Origin: Bdellovibrionales bacterium
Lineage (GTDB): Bacteria; Bdellovibrionota; Bdellovibrionia; Bdellovibrionales; JAMPXM01
Length of the DNA stretch: 33,304 nt
Assembly (NCBI GenBank): GCA_043739185.1
Contig: JAYUEN010000417.1
Span: forward strand, 1-33,304
Reading direction: 5' to 3'
In this document: piece after piece, positions 17,937 through 26,124 of the stretch
Layout of the letters: each line of letters opens with the position of its first letter
Numbering within the stretch: position 1 is the stretch's first letter
Made by a program: the position numbers and the translations under genes
The notes under the pieces: generated by a model
The model's input: the letters and a program-made list of their open reading frames with translations, nothing else
Told to the model about the DNA's origin: nothing
Databases searched by the model: none

Positions 17937-19313
17937 ATGCCACTAAATTCTCTCTATGAAATTATTCCGAAAGAACAGGTATTGACTGATCCCCAAAATT
18001 TGAAAATCTACGGCAAAGACTGGCTCAAATATTTCGAGCCCAAAGCACAAGCTGTAGTATTTCCGAAATCGACATTAGAGGTTCAAAAACTCGTAATTTG
18101 GGCGCGAAAAAATAAGGTAGGTCTCATACCATCAGGCGGTCGAACCGGCTTGAGTGGCGCAGCAGTTGCTCTCAATAATGAGATCGTAGTGAGCTTTGAT
18201 AAGATGAATCGGATTCTTGAATTAAATGAAATCGATCGCGTGGTTCATCTTGAGCCTGGCGTGATCACCGAAACATTACAAAAGTATTTGTGGGATAAGG
18301 GTCATTATTATCCTGTTGATTTCGCAGCCAAAGGATCAAGTCATATCGGTGGGAATATCGCGACCAATGCGGGCGGCGTAAAGGTTTTAAGATATGGGCT
18401 AACTCGAGACCAAATTTCAAGTTTAGAGGTGGTAACCGGCGCTGGTGAAATCTTGCAGTTGGGGCATGACCTAATAAAAAACGCAACCGGCTTGGATTTA
18501 AAACATCTCTTTATTGGATCAGAAGGTATTTTGGGTTTTATCACAAAAGTTGGCATTAAGTATTCTCATCAACCAAAACCACTATCTGTGATGATATTAG
18601 CCGTGCCACATTTAGACTCTATTATGAAGATTTTTGAAAAGTTTAGAAATGCCTTACCACTCACCGCCTTTGAATTCTTTTCAGATGTGGCCCTAAAGCT
18701 GGTTGAAGAACACACGGGCTTAACTTCTCCACTCAGCAGCTCAGCCGCAAACTATTTACTAGTTGAAATTGAAAATACCGATGACTCAGTCCCTGATAAA
18801 ATCATTGAAATCTTCGAAGAGTGTTTAGAAAAGGGCTTGGTCCTTGACGGTACAATCGCACAAAATGAAGCCCAGGCTAAGACTCTTTGGCGCTTTCGTG
18901 AAGATGTAAGTGAGTCAACTGAGCGCTATTCTCCTTATAAAAATGATGTTTCCGTTCGAATTTCGCAAGTTCCTCAATTTCTAAAAGAAGTCGATACGGT
19001 TTTGAAAAAAAACTATCCTAACTTTCGAGTAGTCTGGTTTGGCCATATTGGAGATGGCAATATGCATATTAATATTTTAAAGCCTGACCAATTGAGCAAA
19101 GAAGAATTTGTTAAGAGCTGTGAAAGCGTTAACGATTTGCTTTTCAAAGTAATCGGCGAAATGAAGGGTTCAATTTCAGCTGAGCACGGAGTTGGCCTTA
19201 CAAAAAAGAAATATCTAAAATATTCAAAATCTCCTGAGGAAATTACCCTCATGCGCGAAATTAAAAAGGTCTTCGATCCAGACGGAGTTATGAATCCCGG
19301 AAAGGTGATTTAA
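17937..19313 (+). CDS. FAD-linked oxidase, probable D-2-hydroxyglutarate dehydrogenase
   Basis: YGKDW, PSGGRTGLSG, YYPVDFAAKGSSHIGGNIATNAGG, FGHIGDGNMH, SISAEHGVG, DPDGVMNPGK; resembles the Pseudomonas D2HGDH as recalled and lies next to serA. Confidence 0.85.
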   Translation: MPLNSLYEIIPKEQVLTDPQNLKIYGKDWLKYFEPKAQAVVFPKSTLEVQKLVIWARKNKVGLIPSGGRTGLSGAAVALNNEIVVSFDKMNRILELNEIDRVVHLEPGVITETLQKYLWDKGHYYPVDFAAKGSSHIGGNIATNAGGVKVLRYGLTRDQISSLEVVTGAGEILQLGHDLIKNATGLDLKHLFIGSEGILGFITKVGIKYSHQPKPLSVMILAVPHLDSIMKIFEKFRNALPLTAFEFFSDVALKLVEEHTGLTSPLSSSAANYLLVEIENTDDSVPDKIIEIFEECLEKGLVLDGTIAQNEAQAKTLWRFREDVSESTERYSPYKNDVSVRISQVPQFLKEVDTVLKKNYPNFRVVWFGHIGDGNMHINILKPDQLSKEEFVKSCESVNDLLFKVIGEMKGSISAEHGVGLTKKKYLKYSKSPEEITLMREIKKVFDPDGVMNPGKVI

Positions 19314-20533
19314 TACAGGACTCGTGTTTGAATGCTGGTTCTCAGGCCTGCCACTTGTTTTGAAACTTGATCGGCCGAGCCTTTCTCCATATCCATGACT
19401 AGGAAGCCAATCTTAGAGTCGGTTGAAAGATACTGCGCCTGAATATTGGCCCCTAAGTCTGAAACAATTTTGGTAATATCACTCAAAACTCCAGGAACAT
19501 TTTGATGCACATTCAAAAGACGATGAGAATCTGCATGCAAGACTGGTAAATCGACATTTGGAAAATTGACCGCACCCCTTGTATTGCCAAGACGTGCAAA
19601 ACTGAGAAGACTTGCTGCAACCTCTGCTCCAATTGCTGCCTGAGCCTCTTCGGTACTTCCGCCGATATGAGGCGTGAGGATCACATTTTCAAGTCCCTGT
19701 AGTTCAGAGACAAACTTTTCATTGTTTGAACTTGGCTCGGCGGGAAAAACATCGATGGCAGCACCGCCCACCTGATGTTCTTTAATGGCTTTTACCAAAT
19801 CAGAAACCTTCACCACACTTCCCCGACTTGCATTTATAAGAAATGCACCTTTTTTCATTTGCGCGAATTCTCGGGTTGTCATCATTTCTTTGGTTTGCTT
19901 GGTGTCCGGAACATGAAGTGTTACGAAATCTGAATTTTTCAAAAGCTCGCCAATTGATTCACAAACCTTTGAGTTACCAAGCGGCAATTTCTTGACCACA
20001 TCATAAAATAAAACCCGCATCCCAAAGGCCTCAGCAAGCACACTGACTTGGCTGCCAATATGCCCATACCCTACAATGCCGAGTGTTTTCCCTCGAACTT
20101 CATGAGACCCCGCGGCTGATTTTATCCATTGTCCTAAATGAGCTTGCGCGCTTCGATCGCAAACTTGCCTACTCAAACAAACAATTTCGGCCAGAACCAA
20201 TTCAGCAACACTTCTGGTATTTGAATAAGGTGCATTGAAAACCGGGATTCCCAATTGATTCGCTTTCAATAAATCAACTTGATCCGTTCCGATACAAAAA
20301 CAGCCAATGCCTAGCAAATGCTGAGATGATTTCAAAATATTCTCAGTGATTTGAGTCTTGGAGCGAATACCAATAAAATCGTAGTTTTTTGCAAGTGAAA
20401 TGATTTCGGATTCTTTTGGCGAGTGATTGAGAAGTTCGACTTGATAAGCTTCGCCCTCTAGGATTTCTTTTGCACTTGGGTGAATGGCCTCAAGCAAGAG
20501 AAAGCGATATTTTTTATGACTATAATTTTGCAT
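19310..20533 (-). CDS. serA: D-3-phosphoglycerate dehydrogenase with C-terminal ACT domain
   Basis: GIRSKTQ, GCFCIGT, FNAPYSNTRSVAEL, GYGHIGSQ, TPHIGGSTEEAQ, HQNVPGVL; ATG 20533 with GAGGTG SD. Confidence 0.96.
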   Translation of the reverse strand: MQNYSHKKYRFLLLEAIHPSAKEILEGEAYQVELLNHSPKESEIISLAKNYDFIGIRSKTQITENILKSSQHLLGIGCFCIGTDQVDLLKANQLGIPVFNAPYSNTRSVAELVLAEIVCLSRQVCDRSAQAHLGQWIKSAAGSHEVRGKTLGIVGYGHIGSQVSVLAEAFGMRVLFYDVVKKLPLGNSKVCESIGELLKNSDFVTLHVPDTKQTKEMMTTREFAQMKKGAFLINASRGSVVKVSDLVKAIKEHQVGGAAIDVFPAEPSSNNEKFVSELQGLENVILTPHIGGSTEEAQAAIGAEVAASLLSFARLGNTRGAVNFPNVDLPVLHADSHRLLNVHQNVPGVLSDITKIVSDLGANIQAQYLSTDSKIGFLVMDMEKGSADQVSKQVAGLRTSIQTRVLY

Positions 20534-20717
20534 TGCTAAGCACCTCATAAATATAAATCGAGCGAAAAGAGAATCATCCAATATCTAAAATGCCCTAAAA
20601 CATTTAATTGGAGCTCGATCTACAGATCATCTTGTCATACCGAGACCTTGTTGAATAGAATAATATTAACCTGTTTTCGAAAGTTCACGCAGGCCATTTG
20701 CTCTAGGGAGGATTTCA

Positions 20718-22085
20718 GTGTCTCAGCCACTTAATTCGAAAGACGATCGCCTGAAGTTGTTATTTATAGACGATGACGAATTGATCGTTCAAAGCATAAA
20801 AATGTTGCTGCCAACAAATTGGCGAATGGTGCATAGCCTCTCGTCAAAAGGCCTTGAAGCAAAAAATTTCGATGCCGCATTTGTGGATATGCATTTGTCT
20901 TTAGACTCACTTAAATCAAAAAAGCCTGAGGGCCCAGGTTTTATTGCTGAGCTCCATAGTCAAAATCCTCACCTTGAAATTGTGGCAATTTCGGGAGATC
21001 TCGATCGCAATCTCATGGAGTCTTGCCTGCAAGCCGGTGCCTCTCGCTATCTTGCTAAGCCACTAGCTCCTGAAGAATTCAAACTAGTTTTAGAAAAAAT
21101 TGAAGCCCTCATCTTGCTACGAAATGCAACTCATCGAGCTTTTCAAAGTACGCAAATTTGGATTGGTTCAAGCGCAAAAAGTCATGCGGTTCGCAAACAA
21201 ATTGCAGCATTACAAAGTGAAAGTGGCCCCATTTTAATTGAAGGTGAGTCGGGCACAGGCAAAGAAGTCGCGGCTCATTTGATTCATGGTCCAAAATCTG
21301 AAAAGCCATTTATTGCTGTTAATATCGCTGCAATTCCTGAAAAACTTTTTGAATCCGAAATGTTTGGCCACGTTAAAGGAGCATTTACCGGAGCCGATCA
21401 AAATAAAATTGGTTTAGTTGAAGCTGCCAGTGGGGGCGATCTTTTCATAGATGAAATTGAAGCACTTCCGCTTTCACTTCAGCCCATACTCTTACGCTTT
21501 TTAGAAAGTGGTGAAATCAGACGAGTTGGCGCAAAAGAGAATTTAAAAATCAATGCACGCGTCATTGTAGCGACCAACCAAAACTTGAATCAACTGGTAA
21601 AAGAACAAAAATTTCGCGATGATCTTTTGTGGCGGCTCAATGGTAAAAAAATTGTTCTTCCGCCTTTAAGAGAAAGGCGCGAGGACATCATTGAACTCTG
21701 CGAACATTTTTTGAATAAAGAAAGGCCCAAGCGAAATAAAAGTTTGGGTGAAGACGCAGGCCTTGCACTAAGCAGCTATGATTTCCCGGGAAATGTTCGA
21801 GAATTAAAACGATTGATCGAGCAAATGAGTCTTTATGCTCCCCTACCAATTATTCGAAAAGAAGATGTCGCCAACTGTTTACCACGCAGTTTTAGTGACG
21901 GAGCAAATGAGCGTATCGACTTCAGTCTTGGACTTAATGAAGCAATGCAGACTTTTGAGGCAAATCTCATCTTAAAGGCACTTAAGCTCCATCCTGAGAT
22001 TGATGAATTGGCACAGGTGCTAAAGGTTTCACGCTCGAATTTGTATAAAAAACTAAAAGATCATAATATTGAGCTACCGAGTTAG
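20718..22085 (+). CDS. Sigma54-dependent (NtrC-type) response regulator
   Basis: REC (FIDDD, VDMH, AKP), GESGTGKE, ESEMFGHVKGAFTGA, FPGNVRELK, C-terminal Fis-type HTH SRSNLYKKLK. Confidence 0.95.
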   Translation: MSQPLNSKDDRLKLLFIDDDELIVQSIKMLLPTNWRMVHSLSSKGLEAKNFDAAFVDMHLSLDSLKSKKPEGPGFIAELHSQNPHLEIVAISGDLDRNLMESCLQAGASRYLAKPLAPEEFKLVLEKIEALILLRNATHRAFQSTQIWIGSSAKSHAVRKQIAALQSESGPILIEGESGTGKEVAAHLIHGPKSEKPFIAVNIAAIPEKLFESEMFGHVKGAFTGADQNKIGLVEAASGGDLFIDEIEALPLSLQPILLRFLESGEIRRVGAKENLKINARVIVATNQNLNQLVKEQKFRDDLLWRLNGKKIVLPPLRERREDIIELCEHFLNKERPKRNKSLGEDAGLALSSYDFPGNVRELKRLIEQMSLYAPLPIIRKEDVANCLPRSFSDGANERIDFSLGLNEAMQTFEANLILKALKLHPEIDELAQVLKVSRSNLYKKLKDHNIELPS

Positions 22086-22246
22086 GGCCCGTCTAAAAAT
22101 AAATGCCCTTTCTTTGCGCCGTGGATTTTTCGACAAGTCGAGGCGGAAGGAGGAACGATTAGCCAGGGGCTTAATCGGACGACGACTAACGAAGAATTGT
22201 CGAAAAAGACCAAGCAATGAAAGTGTAGTTATTTTTGGACGAGCCC
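22085..22246. mobile_element. 162-bp palindromic MITE-like element, copy 2 (inverted relative to copy 1), flanked by a TTA direct repeat
   Basis: TIR GGGCCCGTCTAAAAATAA...TTATTTTTGGACGAGCCC; TTA at 22082-22084 and 22247-22249; about 75-80% identical by hand to the reverse complement of 3327-3490. Confidence 0.85.
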
Positions 22247-22274
22247 TTAGAACTGCAAAAGGAATAAAGCTGAT

Positions 22275-23204
22275 ATGTTTGTAATGTGGAATGACCCGCT
22301 CTATCGACAAACTGTTTATTTAGTTTTTGGAACTATGCTCGTCATTGGTCTAGGCCTCTTTGGATTGAGAAATAAAAACTCTCAGTTTCAGGCTGGCTGG
22401 GCAAGTTTAAAGAGCTGGGTATTTGCAGCACCCGTATTGGTTGGTCTCCTTGGCCTCAGCTCGCCCTGGCCGATGATCGTCCTAACTATTTTGTCTATTT
22501 TTTGCGCCAAAATATTTTTTCAAATGACCGGAATGTATCATCGAAGCAATTTTGTTTGGGCCACTTATATTGGCATCATTCTTTTAGGTTTTTGTATTGA
22601 ACTTGATTTGCACTCACTTTATGAAGTCGGCCCCATGATATTTCTTGGCTTTATATGTTTTATTCCGATCTTAAGAGATTCAACAAAACATATGATTCAA
22701 TATTTATCGCTCACCCTTGTCGCCTTTAGTTTTTTAGGCTGGGCATTTATGCATTTGGGTTGGCTAATCAAACTTGATCACGGCCCCTATCTGGTTTTGT
22801 ATATTATAATTCTAACTGAAGTTTATGATAATATGTATATCGCGATCAGTCGCCGGGTTGGGAAAATTAAAATTTTTCACCGCATTAATCCCAAAAGAAA
22901 TTTAGAAAGTTTTCTCATAGCCTGTGTTTTGACTTTTGCCCTCGCTTGGGCGATGAGGCATTTGCTACCTGTTCGAAGTGAAGTTTTTTGGATGGCCTCT
23001 GCGTTTGTCGCTTGTTTTGGCGGAAGCCTTGGCGATCTTACTCTTTCGGTAATCAGACGAGACCTTGGCATCAAAGACGTGGGCGCATTTATCATAGGGC
23101 GAGGAGATCTTCTCACTGTAGTTGATCGTTTATTATTCGTAGCGCCCATTTACTATTACGTTATGAGCTACCTCCTCAATCTCTATGCGCAGGGAAGACT
23201 TTGA
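22275..23204 (+). CDS. Divergent phosphatidate cytidylyltransferase family (CdsA/YnbB-like) membrane protein
   Basis: Multi-TM; INPKRNLES and GDLTLSVIRRDLGIKDVG...VDRL are recognisable but degenerate CTP_transf_1 motifs. Confidence 0.8.
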   Translation: MFVMWNDPLYRQTVYLVFGTMLVIGLGLFGLRNKNSQFQAGWASLKSWVFAAPVLVGLLGLSSPWPMIVLTILSIFCAKIFFQMTGMYHRSNFVWATYIGIILLGFCIELDLHSLYEVGPMIFLGFICFIPILRDSTKHMIQYLSLTLVAFSFLGWAFMHLGWLIKLDHGPYLVLYIIILTEVYDNMYIAISRRVGKIKIFHRINPKRNLESFLIACVLTFALAWAMRHLLPVRSEVFWMASAFVACFGGSLGDLTLSVIRRDLGIKDVGAFIIGRGDLLTVVDRLLFVAPIYYYVMSYLLNLYAQGRL

Positions 23205-23932
23205 AAGATTTTGATTACGAAAACGATCAATGGATGAAGCTTCCCTCTCATCTCAAGCATTTGCCGCTTTTCACCAGGCATTTCGATCTCTTTAGCTTAC
23301 TCATTCGTTTTTTATGGCGGATTATTTTAAAAGGCTGGTTCTTTAAGCTTTATATTCGCCTGCATGTCGTCGGTGACTTTGAAGAGATTCACAAAAACTA
23401 TCCTAAACTCATCATTATCAGCAACCATTCTTCACATTTAGACGCGACCTCAATTGCTGCCGCCATTCCGTTCAAATACTGGCTAGATGTTTATATTGCT
23501 GCTGCCAAAGATTATTTTTTCTCAAATGCACTCTTCACTTTTTTCTCTAAGCATTGCCTCGGCGCCATCCCTATTGATCGCAAAGAACGCAAAGGTGAAG
23601 CTCTTGATCTTTGTATCAATCTCCTAACCAACTTAGAAAATATTTGGCTGATTATTTTTCCTGAAGGAACGCGTTCACCCGATGGCTATATTCAAGAATT
23701 TAAAAGAGGGGTTAGTGTTTTTTCAGAGCGCACGCTCACGCCACTACTATTTATTTATATCGATGGCGGTAGCGAACTGTGGCCACGAGGAAGAAAGTTT
23801 GCAAAAACTGGCAAACTCACATTGTATGTAGGCCCAGTTCATCCGCCAGGGCCTATCGAACTCATTTATGAACACTACCGAGATTGGGTCATGACCATCA
23901 ATCCAGAGGCCTTTGAAGAAAACGACCAATAA
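23201..23932 (+). CDS. Lysophospholipid acyltransferase (PlsC family)
   Basis: SNHSSHLD (HX4D) and IFPEGTRS motifs; TTGA overlap with the upstream gene. Confidence 0.92.
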   Translation: MKDFDYENDQWMKLPSHLKHLPLFTRHFDLFSLLIRFLWRIILKGWFFKLYIRLHVVGDFEEIHKNYPKLIIISNHSSHLDATSIAAAIPFKYWLDVYIAAAKDYFFSNALFTFFSKHCLGAIPIDRKERKGEALDLCINLLTNLENIWLIIFPEGTRSPDGYIQEFKRGVSVFSERTLTPLLFIYIDGGSELWPRGRKFAKTGKLTLYVGPVHPPGPIELIYEHYRDWVMTINPEAFEENDQ

Positions 23933-23961
23933 AAAAGCTCAGGGGCACTGCACCCTGAGCT
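23931..23961 (-). terminator. Rho-independent terminator for the PopA-like gene
   Basis: Minus strand AGCTCAGGG-tgcagtgc-CCCTGAGCT running into a T tract. Confidence 0.75.
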
Positions 23962-24027
23962 CTGTAATCTGAAACCGAAACGGCCAAACCGTATCGGCCT
24001 ACAGCTGCCCAAAAACAGCTGCCTGAA
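23940..24027 (-). repeat. Degenerate CNG-periodic array (copy C) with two extra small hairpins
   Basis: Minus strand: ggcagctg-tttttg-ggcagctg...ggccg-tttcgg-tttcag-attacag-agctcag-ggtgcag-tgcccctg; aligns to 14121-14165. Confidence 0.5.
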
Positions 24028-24031
24028 CTTT

Positions 24032-25141
24032 TTAAAACATATATGTCATACTGGCATTGGCAAGAAAGTTGTTCCCGTCAATACGGCCCTGTCCGCCTTG
24101 ACCTGAACCCGGAGCAGTATTACCGCCAGCAGTTCCCGCAAGGGTTCCGTCAATGCTGACTTTCTTCCAGTTGATACCAACCCCGCCTGAAACAGTAGTT
24201 GAATTTGGATTATTGGTATTGGTCACCCGAGTTACTTTTTGATCTAAAACTACATTTTGCATAACCGAGCCTCTCAACTTTAGCCAATCAGTTGCTATTG
24301 TTTCAAGACCTACAACTAACGGAATGCTGGTGCTCTTAAGTGTCGCGTTGCTATTATTAGTATAGGCCAAAGCTGCTGAATAGAAAAACTTAGTAGCCGC
24401 ATCTGGATTTAAGAAGTGAGCATAGCCAACGCTAATATCATTCATACTCGCCGTCGTATCAGCGCCAGCATTTCCCGGAGACGCCTTGTAATTCATAAAA
24501 CGTGACTCAAGATAAAATTTCTCTTCATTACTAAACTCATAACCAGCTCCAAGTTTAAAACTTGGATTAAGTGTCAAAGTATTTGTTCCCGCACCAAAAT
24601 CATTGTCCGCGCGGCTAAACATATCAACCGCCGCATAAGCATCAATTTTATCTCGCTTGATACCGCCATGAATTTCATACGTACTTGCTTTTTGAGTAGC
24701 TGCTCCGGCGCGACTTTCAGTCATTCCATAAATTAAGCTCACTCCCCATTTGAGGGAACTTCCGCTACCAATTTGCAATTCAATGGTATTTTGTGGATTT
24801 ACAAAAGTGCTGCCATTAAATGTACCAAGGTCAGCGACGACTGCATTGAAATCAGACTGGCGACCCAATTGAAGCCCGACATGATATGCGCCCCATTTAT
24901 GAAAAAAACCACCTTCAGAGTTTGGAGTTGCAGCCGATGAACCAGCTTGATTTCCAAATTCAAAATTTGCGAAATCGCCAAGCATATTGATATAAGCGGG
25001 ATTTAAAAATAGCGAACGTGAATCATCAACATAAGATGAACCATCTGGATTTTGACCCAATGAAATTAAACGCGCTTTCGATGCAAAGGCATTTGGCGCA
25101 ATCAGCATAGCCAAAGCTGCAAATATTAAAAACTTTTTCAT
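24032..25141 (-). CDS. Outer membrane beta-barrel, homologue of the Bdellovibrio major OMP Bd0427/PopA
   Basis: Signal peptide then SKARL..L, EFG...PNSEGGF, PLVVGLE..ATDWLKLRGSVMQNVVL, NNFLANASMTYMF match the recalled Bd0427 pattern (SKAR, AEGGF, WLVLRASVAQNV, terminal TYxF); strong SD GAGGAG. Confidence 0.8.
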   Translation of the reverse strand: MKKFLIFAALAMLIAPNAFASKARLISLGQNPDGSSYVDDSRSLFLNPAYINMLGDFANFEFGNQAGSSAATPNSEGGFFHKWGAYHVGLQLGRQSDFNAVVADLGTFNGSTFVNPQNTIELQIGSGSSLKWGVSLIYGMTESRAGAATQKASTYEIHGGIKRDKIDAYAAVDMFSRADNDFGAGTNTLTLNPSFKLGAGYEFSNEEKFYLESRFMNYKASPGNAGADTTASMNDISVGYAHFLNPDAATKFFYSAALAYTNNSNATLKSTSIPLVVGLETIATDWLKLRGSVMQNVVLDQKVTRVTNTNNPNSTTVSGGVGINWKKVSIDGTLAGTAGGNTAPGSGQGGQGRIDGNNFLANASMTYMF

Positions 25142-25293
25142 AATAAATTCTCCTCTTTACTGTTTACGTACTTAAGGGCCCTTGAGTTCCAAAACTAGAC
25201 CAAATTGAGTTTTCATGTCTAGCAGAAACATTCAAAGGTAGGCGCATATTGCGAAAGCAAAAACTGTCTGAAAAAAGCCTCAGTTGTTGAAAA

Positions 25294-26124
25294 CTAAAAA
25301 TCTTTTTGTAAAATGGCTTCACCGCCGCGCCCATCGCGCAAAACAAAGACAAAAGTATTATGCCCAGTCACCGGGGGCGATTTTCCTGGGGTAAATTGAT
25401 TAGCACTTATCGAATCGGTGCGAATATATTGAAAGTCGCCAGCATTAGTAAACCAAGTGAGAAGTAGATTTTCACTTGCTGCGACCAGAGTAGCTGATGA
25501 ATCTAAATAATTGAAGGCTTCAGCGGCAGCTGCTGGAATTGAAGGCAATAATGAGCTCGCAAGCGTTGGCATTGCCGCAAAGCTTACTCCTGATAATAAA
25601 ACATCACTGATACTAGGATTTGAATTGAGGCCATGCCCCTGAGAAACAATGATTCTTTTAAATGCAGAAGTCGAAGTTCCGTCTGAGGCAGAAAGCTCAT
25701 AAGTAACCAAGTAACTCACTCCGTTGTAGGTATTGATAGTACCTTGACCAATCAAGAGATTTGCGGGAACGGCCACTGAAATTACATTTGCAGCACCGGT
25801 ATAAGAATGCGCAAGCGTTGGTAATGTAAGTGCCTGTGATGCAGCAAGCGTCACGGCTTGCGTACTACCCGTACAACTTGGTGTTGCGCCAAGTGAAATT
25901 CCGGGATCAGGGCAAGCCACTGCAGAATACTTAAGCGCACGCCCCGCACCCGTTGCATCGCTTATATAGGGGGTAATATTCACACTCGCACCTGGTGCTA
26001 CTTCTGGCTGATCCGCAATCAATGCTAAGACCCTGAGCGAATCAAGATGTGAGTAAATTGGCAAATCATTACCTGAGCAAGAAGTCAACAGAATGAGAAA
26101 AACGACGCTCAATATTTTCTTCAT
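25294..26124 (-). CDS. Lipoprotein of unknown function, TBDR partner
   Basis: Lipobox LTSC; LRVLALIADQPEVAPG and WFTNAGDF...VLRDGRGG motifs; TAATG overlap with the TBDR stop. Confidence 0.8.
   Translation of the reverse strand: MKKILSVVFLILLTSCSGNDLPIYSHLDSLRVLALIADQPEVAPGASVNITPYISDATGAGRALKYSAVACPDPGISLGATPSCTGSTQAVTLAASQALTLPTLAHSYTGAANVISVAVPANLLIGQGTINTYNGVSYLVTYELSASDGTSTSAFKRIIVSQGHGLNSNPSISDVLLSGVSFAAMPTLASSLLPSIPAAAAEAFNYLDSSATLVAASENLLLTWFTNAGDFQYIRTDSISANQFTPGKSPPVTGHNTFVFVLRDGRGGEAILQKDF

Noticed and set aside
22069..22310. ORFs 22069-22284 (+) and 22074-22310 (-) as genes
   Set aside because: Translations of the palindromic element that overlap real genes; kept only as evidence of open frames.
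627..24027. Intergenic repeats as CRISPR arrays, tRNAs or known riboswitches
   Set aside because: No constant repeat-spacer period, no cas genes, no cloverleaf or T-loop, no recognisable aptamer consensus.
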